Below, one piece after another: positions 1 through 9,226 of a stretch of DNA of 64,000 nucleotides (positions within the stretch are counted from its first letter, which is position 1; every line of letters begins with the position of its first letter). The stretch lies in IMG/VR virus record IMGVR_UViG_3300047548_001390, positions 14,107 through 78,106 of that record. One strand, given 5' to 3'. Source of the DNA: a virus. A program made the position numbers and the translations under genes. The notes below the pieces were generated by a model. It was not told where the DNA came from. It saw only the letters and a program-made list of their open reading frames with translations, and made no database searches.

Positions 1-536
1 GGGTGAAGATGAGCAAACTCATCGCAAAGCAATAAGTTAACGGACATACCACGAACAGCACTGGCTGATGTAGCTGATGCAACACATCTTGAACCATTTT
101 CAAGAACCAACGACTTTTTGTTCCATTCAACAACACCTTGCTGTAACCATTGTGGAAGGTTTTCAATGATGAACTGCACACGACCAAAGATTTCAATAGC
201 AATAGCTTGCTTGTTTGCTAAAATAACTGCTGTCTTATTTTCATTGAATAGCACATACCATGCGAAGTAAGCTGCAACAATTGTTGACTTACCAGCCTGA
301 CGAAATAGTTTACCTAAGGTGTTTTTGTTGTTGTGAATAGATTCGATGATTCGCCTTTGATAGGGAAACATCTTAAAAGGAACAACTCCATCATCAAGCG
401 AAACAATCTTTGCGTACGTCTCAATGAAGTATATGGGGTCTTTAGCACACTTAATATATTCGTGTACCTGATCTTGAGTAAAAGCAACCTGAACTCCAGC
501 TGCTTTTAAGAGGGGATTTCTGTTATAAAATTGCAT
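1..536 (-). CDS. 17: Terminase large subunit, N-terminal part (runs off the window's left edge)
   Basis: Manual translation from ATG at 536: MQFYNRNPLLKAAGVQVAFTQDQVHEYIKCAKDPIYFIETYAKIVSLDDGVVPFKMFPYQ...RQAGKSTIVAAY (Walker A), typical of the T4 gp17 N-terminus. TAATG overlap with the gp15 stop. Confidence 0.95.
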   Translation of the reverse strand, partial: MQFYNRNPLLKAAGVQVAFTQDQVHEYIKCAKDPIYFIETYAKIVSLDDGVVPFKMFPYQRRIIESIHNNKNTLGKLFRQAGKSTIVAAYFAWYVLFNENKTAVILANKQAIAIEIFGRVQFIIENLPQWLQQGVVEWNKKSLVLENGSRCVASATSASAVRGMSVNLLLCDEFAHLH

Positions 537-1273
537 TAAAAATCTTGAAGCCACTCATCACGAGTAATTTGATACGTCTCTGGATCACCTTCAGCAACGT
601 GTACAGAAGCAATGTTTCCAGACATATCCCTAACATTCATTCCAGTAGAGTATATAGGTTTGTTTTGACCAACTGGACCAAACAGATTTGTTTTTAAAGT
701 GAAGTCTAAAGTATGTGTCACAAAACGTCTTGTTTCAAATGAGCCATCGTACTCATCAGCAACTTGAAGATTGTTTAGGACAACCGGAACATCAACAATC
801 AAATTAAGATCTGGGACTACTTTAACAGCTAATGTATATTCTGGATTGAACCAAGGAAGAATCTGCTCAATAATTTGTAAACCGTCTTCTTGCGTTTTGG
901 TCAATACATATAAAGAAATGTTTATATTGTACGGGACCGGCGATCCAACGCTTGTTGAGGCTTCACCGTTATTACAGTTTATAGTGTTGTTTTTATTAAA
1001 CTTTCTTGTAGGGTCGTAGCTGTAGCTAGTAATTTCAAACGACATCCTTGGGAGACTTGTGTACGTATGATTATTTAAATCCGGATCTTGCTCAATACGA
1101 ACTAACCACTTTTCCTTAGGGGAGTACGCGAGGGGAATTTGGAGTCTTTGTACGATGGGCCCGTTAACAGAATCACCCTCTCTACGATCAATATAGATGT
1201 CGCTAAACAATCGCCCGAAGGACACAATCGTCTTACGGATGATACCCCAATAAAAAGTTTGTTGGTTTAACAC
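536..1273 (-). CDS. 15: Tail sheath stabilizer/terminator (gp15)
   Basis: FYWGIIRKTIVSFGRLF...IPLAYSPKEKW...LPRMSFE...QIIEQILPWFNP motifs. Likely GTG start at 1273 with a GGAG RBS; the ORF track starts at 1285. Confidence 0.9.
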   Translation of the reverse strand: MLNQQTFYWGIIRKTIVSFGRLFSDIYIDRREGDSVNGPIVQRLQIPLAYSPKEKWLVRIEQDPDLNNHTYTSLPRMSFEITSYSYDPTRKFNKNNTINCNNGEASTSVGSPVPYNINISLYVLTKTQEDGLQIIEQILPWFNPEYTLAVKVVPDLNLIVDVPVVLNNLQVADEYDGSFETRRFVTHTLDFTLKTNLFGPVGQNKPIYSTGMNVRDMSGNIASVHVAEGDPETYQITRDEWLQDF

Positions 1274-1274
1274 A

Positions 1275-2171
1275 TCAGTCTCCAAAAGGATTGTTTTCGT
1301 TAAATAACAAATCCCTTGCCTCTAACTTAAATTTATTATTGTCACCGTACGATTCAACCGCATCTACATTGTTTTCAACTGTGGCAACTGCTGTTGCATT
1401 TTGACCGTTACCAGTAATAGTGACAGTAGCTGTCTTGTAGTTATATCCACCATTAGTAACATTAACACTTGTAATTGACCCGCTTTGAATCACAGCTTGG
1501 GCAGTAGCTCCTCTTCCTGTAGGAGAAGTAATTGCTACCGTAGCACTTGTATAACCAGTGCCGCCGTTCGTGACCTGGATGTCAGTTATCTCGCCACTAT
1601 TAGTTCTATTCAGATCAGTTGTAAACGACTTCAAGTTTTCAAATGCATCAATTTCTGATATACCAGTATCAATACGCTCCGAAGCATACTGAAACAACTC
1701 GACTTGAAGCTTATAAACATACAGCTTACCTAATTGATAGAAAGGATCCTGATGCTTGACAAACTTAATTTCAAACAACCCATCTGTAAGAGGGAAATAA
1801 ATCAAATCACCTTCGTTGGGTCTTGTTGGAATAGTTGTCTTATTGTATCTTCCAATCAGTTGTTCCCAACGACGTCTAGCTACAACTAATGTAGCTGATT
1901 GTTCCATCATAAGACCAAACTTCTGAAGGAATGCACCTTGACCATCGAAAGAGTCAACGTTTTCAAAATACATCTCAATTGGAAATGAAGTCTTAAACTG
2001 ACTCAGACGATCCTCGCCAAGAATATCATCCTTGGAAACAAGTTCTCTTGGAATGTAGTACAGAGTTTGACCAAATATTTTTAATGATTCAATGATCAAG
2101 TCTTCAACAAGTAACTGCTCGTTACGAGTTCCTTGAGTAAAGTATACGTTGGGCCCAGACATTGGTATCAT
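1275..2171 (-). CDS. 14: Neck protein gp14, with an inserted NGGxGY beta-repeat
   Basis: EQLLVEDLIIESLKIFG, RPNEGDLIYFP, PFYQLGK and C-terminal ENNPFG motifs; lies between gp13 and gp15. Confidence 0.92.
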   Translation of the reverse strand: MIPMSGPNVYFTQGTRNEQLLVEDLIIESLKIFGQTLYYIPRELVSKDDILGEDRLSQFKTSFPIEMYFENVDSFDGQGAFLQKFGLMMEQSATLVVARRRWEQLIGRYNKTTIPTRPNEGDLIYFPLTDGLFEIKFVKHQDPFYQLGKLYVYKLQVELFQYASERIDTGISEIDAFENLKSFTTDLNRTNSGEITDIQVTNGGTGYTSATVAITSPTGRGATAQAVIQSGSITSVNVTNGGYNYKTATVTITGNGQNATAVATVENNVDAVESYGDNNKFKLEARDLLFNENNPFGD

Positions 2172-2175
2172 GGTT

Positions 2176-3147
2176 TTAACCTAAGTAGAAGTCAAGAGGA
2201 GCTGACTTGTTGATCAATTCATCTTCAAGCTCTTTAATTTCTGATATGGCCGTTTGATACATTGATTGACCATCAATGGTGACTCCACCAGGTAGTTGAA
2301 TACCAGAAAATTTAGAAAGATTAGTTGCCCATTGTCTCTTAAAAAGAGCAGTAGTATAGTGTTTCAACCATGGCTCGCTCCAGACTTTTTGGAACTGAGC
2401 TGGATCTAGAGCACGATAGCATTCCACCACAACATGATCTCCAGGACGGATATCTGTTTCCCAGTTAATTACAGGATACAAACGTCCTTGCATACGGTTG
2501 AAACTGATTTGTGGTCTGCCATTCAATTCTAGGTCAAGCAAAGCAAGGTGACCCATCACTTGCTTATAATAGATGATAGATGTTGATGCAAGATCATACA
2601 AGTCGTTCAATCTTAACTGATATTGAATATCAAACATTGATTTGGATGTCTGAGTACCAGCAAATGGAATTAAACGAACAACACCATATACCCAATCTGA
2701 CAACTGAAGATATTTTAATTCTGTTTCTCCAGGCGTATAAAAATTTGTAGTGGCAAGGGTTGCGGTAATCGCTGGATTGTCTTCCACTTGAATTGTTTCA
2801 CCGGCTTGGAATTCGCCAGTAACAAAACGAATAATCAGTTCTGTTCCTTGCGATACTTTGTCTGTTTGATCAACAACTCGAGCACGTGCTCCAGATGTTT
2901 GGCCAATAACCCAATCATTTAATGGGAAGGTTTCTGCAACAGATTGCTGCAAAGTAAGAGTTGAAGCATTAATCTTGTGCTTGAGATATACTTTTTCAAT
3001 GCCGTCATAGTGATACAAACGCCAGTATTCCAAGGCTTCGTCGATGCGATCCTCCAACTGGTCGTCTTCTATATTAATTTCAAGAACAGGAGCTCCGAGA
3101 TTACGAAGGCAGTATTCTTTTAATTGCTGTCTAGTTGTAACGGCCAT
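2176..3147 (-). CDS. 13: Neck protein gp13
   Basis: LKEYCLRNLGAPVLEINI...QLEDRIDEAL and KRQWATNLSKFSGIQLPGGVTIDG motifs. Confidence 0.93.
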   Translation of the reverse strand: MAVTTRQQLKEYCLRNLGAPVLEINIEDDQLEDRIDEALEYWRLYHYDGIEKVYLKHKINASTLTLQQSVAETFPLNDWVIGQTSGARARVVDQTDKVSQGTELIIRFVTGEFQAGETIQVEDNPAITATLATTNFYTPGETELKYLQLSDWVYGVVRLIPFAGTQTSKSMFDIQYQLRLNDLYDLASTSIIYYKQVMGHLALLDLELNGRPQISFNRMQGRLYPVINWETDIRPGDHVVVECYRALDPAQFQKVWSEPWLKHYTTALFKRQWATNLSKFSGIQLPGGVTIDGQSMYQTAISEIKELEDELINKSAPLDFYLG

Positions 3148-3185
3148 GTTGGGTCTCTTAATCGGGTAGGTTAATCGTTTATTGA

Positions 3186-3620
3186 TTATTTATTTAGTTG
3201 TTTAACTACCTCTTCTGGAGACACCCAGCAATCATCCCGGAACTCACACTGTTCCCAGATCCAAAACTGCTTTTCTCTTAGGTATTTTCTATCTTTTAAC
3301 ATGTTAATGTTTTCAGGATGTCCAAATATATTAGGATCCGACTGTCCCCACAAAACAATCCCTGGTTTACCAAGATCCCAGCAGAAATGTTGAAAAAAAC
3401 TATCCACTGAGATCCAAGTTCTACATTCATTAACTAAAGAACCCAGTTCTTTCAAACTGAGATTCTTTCTGAAATCTTCGACTAATTGTTCCTCTCCTTC
3501 TATCCCTATTTGCACGATTGGCTCATCAATCAGCTCAACCAACTGTTTAAAAAAAGGATAGTTTTTAGGGTTATTCTTTCCATTACGAAGTTTCTTGGAA
3601 TATGGTGAGATAATAATCAT
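3186..3620 (-). CDS. Glycosyltransferase family 9 (heptosyltransferase-like) C-terminal domain protein
   Basis: KNYP...ISVDSFFQH...PGIVLWGQSDPNIFGHPEN motifs resemble the GT9 C-lobe; ATGA-coupled to the upstream GT. Confidence 0.65.
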   Translation of the reverse strand: MIIISPYSKKLRNGKNNPKNYPFFKQLVELIDEPIVQIGIEGEEQLVEDFRKNLSLKELGSLVNECRTWISVDSFFQHFCWDLGKPGIVLWGQSDPNIFGHPENINMLKDRKYLREKQFWIWEQCEFRDDCWVSPEEVVKQLNK

Positions 3621-4612
3621 GATAGGTACATCTTCCTAAACGCATCTTCAACAGATCCTTTCCAATTCCATTGATCCATTTTCTTGTAGATATTCCATTG
3701 ATCAATACTTCCATACAAAGCAATTGCTTCAGCGATTGGTCTACACGGAATAATTTCTGGATAACAACCAAACACAATTGGATCTTTCAGGTCTTTTAGG
3801 ATTTTTTTAAACACAATGTGGTCACCCATACCATTATCAAGAACCACAATTGTTTTATCTTTTATGTTTAACGTGTTTCTAAAAATTTGCTCATCATGCG
3901 CATACAATTCAGCATTATCGTTTGATCGAATACCACCTTCTGGGTTCTTTAGATGCCAAGTAACGCAGTCTTCTATAACTGCACACTTATATCCCTTTTG
4001 TACTAATCCACAAGAAAACAGAGTCTCCTCTCTGTGTGCAACTCTTGATAACCCAGTGTTGTAATCAACAACTCCAGCACGATACAAAAAAGAACAGTGT
4101 AGATGATCTACATATCTGTCTTGTGTAATGTGACCCCATTGAATGTTTGGTTCGCTGTCAATATTTTCGATTTTACCAGTTGCTTTTCTTGGAGAGCAGT
4201 CCCAAGATGGCGTTAGAATAGATCCACCAACTGCCCCAATCCGATCTCGATCAAAAGTATTAGCTCGTTTCCAGAGTTTTTTTAACACATCTGGTTCTAA
4301 TATAGTATCGTCATCAACTCGAAGAAGCCATTGATCTTTATACTTTGTATTAAAATATTGATGCCCGAAATGTTGACCTTTACATACACCATATACTACT
4401 TCCCACGATATGTTTTTTAAATTCATTATAAGAAATATATTGGTATAGAGAGGATTACTACGAAGATCAATTCTCTTATCTTCATCATTATCATCATATA
4501 AAACAATTCTTTTAGGTAGAAGTGTCTGATTTATTATTGAAACTAGAGCCATCGGTAATGTTGTTAGATATCTCCCCCTCGTGCATATATAAGCAATTAT
4601 GTCTGGTTTCAA
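3617..4612 (-). CDS. GT-A/family 2-like glycosyltransferase with a C-terminal GT9-like N-lobe
   Basis: SIINQT...VLYDD, RVDDD (DxD) and GMGDHI motifs. TTG start lies inside the 3' end of the HNH ORF. Confidence 0.75.
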   Translation of the reverse strand: MKPDIIAYICTRGRYLTTLPMALVSIINQTLLPKRIVLYDDNDEDKRIDLRSNPLYTNIFLIMNLKNISWEVVYGVCKGQHFGHQYFNTKYKDQWLLRVDDDTILEPDVLKKLWKRANTFDRDRIGAVGGSILTPSWDCSPRKATGKIENIDSEPNIQWGHITQDRYVDHLHCSFLYRAGVVDYNTGLSRVAHREETLFSCGLVQKGYKCAVIEDCVTWHLKNPEGGIRSNDNAELYAHDEQIFRNTLNIKDKTIVVLDNGMGDHIVFKKILKDLKDPIVFGCYPEIIPCRPIAEAIALYGSIDQWNIYKKMDQWNWKGSVEDAFRKMYLS

Positions 4613-5156
4613 AATAATTTCTCCACATATCTCTATTAAAATTGGTTTTACTGTGACACACTGAACAAAGAGTTACTAGGTTTTTGGGGTCGTGATTAGT
4701 TTTATCATAATCAATATGATGCACCGATTTTCCTGGATTGTTACATAAACAACATGTTCTATTATCCCGGATTCGAATAGATTCCTTTAGATCGAAATTC
4801 CACCCCTGTGCATATTTCGATAAATTTCCTTTAGATAATCCTCCTTTCCAATTTGGATTTTTATCTCCGGAAACTAAGCAACCCTTACCCCATCTGGGAT
4901 TTTTATCACCAGAAATTCTACCCTTCTGTCCATACATCGGATTACCTTCGCCGGATCGTTCTTGAGACCATTTCTGTTTTGTTTCATCCGAATGTTGTTT
5001 TCCATACATGGAATTTAAGGAACCTTGATGTAGATCGCTGTTAATTTTTCTTAATGCAGGACAGGAATTCTTGCTTTTATGGCAACATCTTTTACCGTTT
5101 TTAAAAACAAACAATGCTTCTTGCCCGCACCCATAATCACACAAATATATTTGCAT
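4512..5156 (-). mobile_element. Free-standing HNH homing endonuclease with NUMOD3-like DNA-binding repeats
   Basis: NSMYGKQHSDETKQKWS and repeated SGDKNPxW(K/G)G motifs, plus CCLC...VHHIDYDKTNHDPKNLVTLCSVCH (HNH). Confidence 0.85.
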
Positions 5157-5184
5157 ATAAGATCCTTTGGTATATTCACCAAAC

Positions 5185-5192
5185 TATTTATG
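5185..5192 (-). promoter_or_regulatory. T4-type late promoter variant (CATAAATA) for the HNH gene
   Basis: Matches NATAAATA about 30 nt upstream of the ATG at 5156. Confidence 0.55.
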
Positions 5193-5216
5193 CAAATGCA
5201 TCGTCAATTTACCATA

Positions 5217-6500
5217 TTATTCTGCATTATATTCACACAACATTAAATTAAAGCGACTATTTTCGATAGGTTTATCATCAAGGTTTCCGTGCTCATCACA
5301 AAAAGTGTATTTAAATCCTGGAAGATGGGATTCATTCAACATATGCAATTTGTGATGCTCACCCCAGAATCCAGGAGGTTCTTTATATGGAACAGAGATC
5401 AATAAAGTATTACAATGTTTCTTTAACTTCTCAACAATTTCTAAACCATTGTCTAAGTGTTCAATCACCTCAAATGCAACAATGGTGTCGTATTGTTTGA
5501 GATGATACGTGTTAATGTCTGCCCATTCAAACTTTCTGTATTTGTTACCAAACTCATATCTTGCCACATCAATAATACGCTTATCATAATCAACACCAGT
5601 GTAATCCGATTGTAAATTAAAAAATTGTGATCCAAATCCACTGGAGCATCCAATTTCTAAAATAGAACCATCAAGTGCTTTTGTTGCTGCCCATTTATAT
5701 CGTGCTGCTTCTCTTGCTGGGACTTCTTCACCTGCAAGGTTAACATGACGCTCGAAATTATTCGTTAAAAGGTATTTGTAATACTCTCGATTATACTTAC
5801 GAGCGACTCTTAACATATTAGATTTGAATCTATCATCCCAATCTTCAACTAGATTGGTGTCTCTCATCGTACCTTGACCTTTGTGATAGATCGGAAATCC
5901 GCCAGTGAACTGTTGACCGCCAGCAAACTTTGGTACGCACTCTTGTAGTGTAAATCCTGCTCTTTGAGCTTCAACACAAAACTCAATGTCTTCTCCAGCA
6001 CCAGTGCCATACTCAGTATTCAGTAAACCTATTTTGTCGAATACTTTACGATCAATCATCACACAGAAAAACACTGCAAAGTCTGCATTTGCTTCTGGTG
6101 AGTGATTAATGATTGGTGCGGAAATACCACAATTCTGTTTAAGCAGAAGCGGACTCTCTAAAAGATTTATCCAGTAGTTTTTATCTTGTGGAAGGAGAAC
6201 GGTGTCATTGTTTAGAAGAATGATACGCTGTCCAGTACAGACTTCGAGACCAACGTTAATTGCTTCCGGATATCCAATAGCGTCATTGTTCCAAACAACT
6301 TTGAGATGATTTGAGAATCCAATAAAATCGAACTTTTGTTGAAGTCCACTAAGGTATTCGCCAGTGTTATCGATACATCCGTTTGCCGATATGACCAACT
6401 CAACATCAGTCATATCAGTGTGATTGAAGATGGATTCTATGCAGGGTTTTAAATAATCATCACAATGATTAAAAGTTGGGATTACAATACTATATTTCAT
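5217..6500 (-). CDS. Glycosyltransferase family 2 fused to a SAM-dependent methyltransferase
   Basis: YSIVIPTFN...LLNNDT (GT2); ILEIGCSSGFG...YDTIVAFEVIEHL (class I methyltransferase). Confidence 0.85.
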   Translation of the reverse strand: MKYSIVIPTFNHCDDYLKPCIESIFNHTDMTDVELVISANGCIDNTGEYLSGLQQKFDFIGFSNHLKVVWNNDAIGYPEAINVGLEVCTGQRIILLNNDTVLLPQDKNYWINLLESPLLLKQNCGISAPIINHSPEANADFAVFFCVMIDRKVFDKIGLLNTEYGTGAGEDIEFCVEAQRAGFTLQECVPKFAGGQQFTGGFPIYHKGQGTMRDTNLVEDWDDRFKSNMLRVARKYNREYYKYLLTNNFERHVNLAGEEVPAREAARYKWAATKALDGSILEIGCSSGFGSQFFNLQSDYTGVDYDKRIIDVARYEFGNKYRKFEWADINTYHLKQYDTIVAFEVIEHLDNGLEIVEKLKKHCNTLLISVPYKEPPGFWGEHHKLHMLNESHLPGFKYTFCDEHGNLDDKPIENSRFNLMLCEYNAE

Positions 6501-6550
6501 AATAACTCCATTGTAAAATTACATATTACTTATTCTTGCAACAAATAACG

Positions 6551-6840
6551 TTATAAAGCAGATGGAGGTGTAAAATTCGCTGTGTATCTAGCTATACCTT
6601 TTGTAATACGAAGATCATCTATATATCCCGAAAACCACTCACCATAGGACAAAGTACCGGTTGATAATTGTCTAGCTCCAATAGCGAAGTTATTATTTTG
6701 AATATTATAAGACTGAGAGTTGGTTGCTGTGGCGTATGCAGTACCGTTTACAAATATTCTGAATATCCGCTAATGCCGGAATATCCTGACTCTCCTTGAG
6801 GTAGACTAGATTGTAGTACGGTTTTAATGTCTAAAGTCAT
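6551..6840 (-). pseudogene. Internally deleted fibre gene or fused remnants: SGYSG-repeat N-terminus joined out of frame to a LamG/ConA C-terminal fragment
   Basis: ATG 6840 gives MTLDIKTVLQSSLPQGESGYSGISGYSEYL* (stop 6748-6750). A second frame from ~6763 reads FRIFVNGTAYATAT...FSGYIDDLRITKGIARYTANFTPPSAL* (stop 6551-6553). Confidence 0.75.
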
Positions 6841-6843
6841 GAC

Positions 6844-7521
6844 TTATCCTGCGTTGTTTACACGGTTACTTGTTTTTAAAGTGCTAACTTCTGATCGCAA
6901 TGATTCAATTTGTTTTTGCTGCTCTTTGATTGCTTCAATTAATATTCCTACAAGACTTCCATAAGATACTGTTAGAACTTTTCCACCACCATTTACAGCA
7001 TACGGAACAACCTTTAACACTTCTTGAGCAATTACGCCAACAGCATGCTCTCCCGTTGCTTTCCAATCAAACTCTACACCACGTAAAGATAGTATCTTAT
7101 TTAAAGCATTTTCAATTGTAGTAATATTTGTTTTCTCACGCTCATCAGATACACTATTAAAATCAGTCGCTTGTGCTGTCCCGTTTACCTGTAATTTAGA
7201 TGATCCATTATCAGTTCCAGTACCAATCAACACATTACCAGAATACTGAGCAATCTTAACAAGACCTGTGTCTATCACTTCAAGAGACGGAATACCAGAA
7301 ACATCGTTAACCGACCAAATAGTTCCTGTTAAACTATTTGTGATGGAAAACAACTGACCAGCAGATCCCTCCAACGAAATGGTTCCATTGTTGGTTGGAT
7401 AGACGTTCAGAGTAATAGTCCGAGGACCAGTAGAGGCGTCAGCACCCTTGAATTCAATCTTGGGATCCGCTGACTGACCTTTGTTCGTGGTAATTAAAAT
7501 GTCTTTATCTGATAATGCCAT
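6844..7521 (-). CDS. Short tail fibre/spike protein with a peptidase S74 intramolecular chaperone domain
   Basis: SDEREKTNI...LRGVEFDWK...GVIAQEV...V.YGSLVGILIEAIKE followed by a coiled coil. Confidence 0.85.
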   Translation of the reverse strand: MALSDKDILITTNKGQSADPKIEFKGADASTGPRTITLNVYPTNNGTISLEGSAGQLFSITNSLTGTIWSVNDVSGIPSLEVIDTGLVKIAQYSGNVLIGTGTDNGSSKLQVNGTAQATDFNSVSDEREKTNITTIENALNKILSLRGVEFDWKATGEHAVGVIAQEVLKVVPYAVNGGGKVLTVSYGSLVGILIEAIKEQQKQIESLRSEVSTLKTSNRVNNAG

Positions 7522-7550
7522 TATAGTTTCCTAGATTACTCTTTTATTTA

Positions 7551-9059
7551 TTAGATGCCGAAGCGTCCACGCAATGCGTTAAAGTTTTGTTTTACTTCTG
7601 CTGCTGTAAGTGCTCGGTTGTACATAAAAGCGCTACCAATTTTTCCATTAAAAAATTCAGCTCCACCCAAACTTCCAATTAATAAATTTCCTCCCGTGGG
7701 TGCCGAAGGAGAAAATGGTGTGGTATTACTAGCAACTAACTGTCCGTTTACATAGGCTTTAAGACCCGATGAATCTCCTGTTACAGCACAATATGACCAC
7801 ACGTTGTTTGGACACTCACCACCCTGAACCGAATTTCCAGATACATACCACCACAGTGCATTAGAAGTGCTGTCTAATCTAAATCTATATCCTGAATTTT
7901 GATTTTTTGACATTACATTACCAAGGCCACTAGCGGATACAGGATTTACCCAAGCAGCCATAGTTATTGAACTTGCTTGTTGTAGAGATACGCCGTTACC
8001 ACAATCAATATAATTACTACTACCATTAAAACTAAACGTACCATCAGCAGCATAAGTTAAACTATTTGCTGTAATTGTATTGTTTCCTGTTTGATCTATA
8101 ATTGCCTGAGTGTTAGAACGAGTTCCTGCTGCAAAATTATTGGCAACAGATCCAGCTTCAAATTGTATGTTAGAAATGTCATATTTCATATTTCCACTTG
8201 CAGGAAACCAATATGAAATGCAACTAGGGTTATTAGGAGTAAAAGTAAAATAATACTTTTTCCATTCGTTAAAAGCACCTAACGTAAAATTCCAAGATGG
8301 ATTTGTCGGGGAAGTTACACCATAATTGTATATTGAATATGAGTTGTTTAATCCTACTGCGGATACAGAAGCTGCCCTTGCCCAGAACGATACAGTGTGT
8401 GGAGTACCAGCAGTAACAGTCGCATCGACTCCATATGCCATTCCATCCAGTCCTTCATTCCGAATGTAGTGTAATCTAATACAATCGGTTGCAGCACGAC
8501 CTGGAATTCCGTTAAATCCTTTAGATATAATTTCTTTAACTAGTCCCGAATTAGCTAGGTGAGGATACCCCCACCACATAGTTGGGAATGAGGTTGAATT
8601 AATAGAAACTCGTTGATCTAACGCAATACTATCATGGACTTTGAACATGCCTGTAAAAGGGTTCACATAACCTTGACTACCATCCTGACTACTATTATAT
8701 GCATGTAAGGAAAATTGTGTGTCTGAAATTTTCTTTATGAAATAGTTTGTTGCTGCTGTAACTCCACCACCAGTTGTCTGAGGTTGCATCACATCGTATG
8801 TTCTCAAACTGTGAGGCGCAGTCATAGTTACAATATTATCAGATACACTTGAAACTGTACCTATAGAAAAATAAGTGCCTGATCCATATTGATTAGTATT
8901 ATACGTACCCCAACCGTTTCCTGTGGTAGGATATCCATTAATTGCTGGCGTTGGAAGCAAATTCGTAACTGGAGCCCCAATATTAGACTTACCGTTGCCC
9001 ATATCATAGGCAAACACTAATCCTTCAGTTACAATTTTAGGAGAATGATTAAGTGCCAT
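7551..9059 (-). CDS. Virion/tail adhesin with a CBM-like region and C-terminal LamG/ConA-like lectin domain
   Basis: IVTEGLVFAYD N-terminal motif; C-terminal YVNGQLV...FNGKIG..MYNRALTAAEVKQNFNALRGRFGI. Start reassigned to 9059 (TAATG overlap with the upstream small ORF). Confidence 0.8.
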   Translation of the reverse strand: MALNHSPKIVTEGLVFAYDMGNGKSNIGAPVTNLLPTPAINGYPTTGNGWGTYNTNQYGSGTYFSIGTVSSVSDNIVTMTAPHSLRTYDVMQPQTTGGGVTAATNYFIKKISDTQFSLHAYNSSQDGSQGYVNPFTGMFKVHDSIALDQRVSINSTSFPTMWWGYPHLANSGLVKEIISKGFNGIPGRAATDCIRLHYIRNEGLDGMAYGVDATVTAGTPHTVSFWARAASVSAVGLNNSYSIYNYGVTSPTNPSWNFTLGAFNEWKKYYFTFTPNNPSCISYWFPASGNMKYDISNIQFEAGSVANNFAAGTRSNTQAIIDQTGNNTITANSLTYAADGTFSFNGSSNYIDCGNGVSLQQASSITMAAWVNPVSASGLGNVMSKNQNSGYRFRLDSTSNALWWYVSGNSVQGGECPNNVWSYCAVTGDSSGLKAYVNGQLVASNTTPFSPSAPTGGNLLIGSLGGAEFFNGKIGSAFMYNRALTAAEVKQNFNALRGRFGI

Positions 9060-9226
9060 TACCACAAATCCTTTGGACAAGCGAGCTGTTCAACTACAAT
9101 TCGAATTGATACATCATTACTCAACTTACATACTTTAAAATTAGGCATAACTTCATATACACATTGATTGCAATTGCTACAGATCTGTATTCTGTTATTA
9201 ATAACGTCTTCGGTTAATTCTGTCAT
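9059..9226 (-). CDS. Small Cys-rich protein, 55 aa (absent from the ORF track)
   Basis: MTELTEDVINNRIQICSNCNQC...C...ACPKDLW*; translationally coupled on both sides (ATGA and TAATG overlaps). Confidence 0.65.
   Translation of the reverse strand: MTELTEDVINNRIQICSNCNQCVYEVMPNFKVCKLSNDVSIRIVVEQLACPKDLW

Noticed and set aside
4512-5217. Group I intron housing the HNH gene
   Set aside because: The flanking GT genes look complete and separate, and there is too little non-coding sequence for a ribozyme core.
6748-6770. Programmed frameshift producing an SGY-LamG fusion
   Set aside because: There is no slippery heptamer, and the LamG part lacks most of the domain, so a deletion explains it better.
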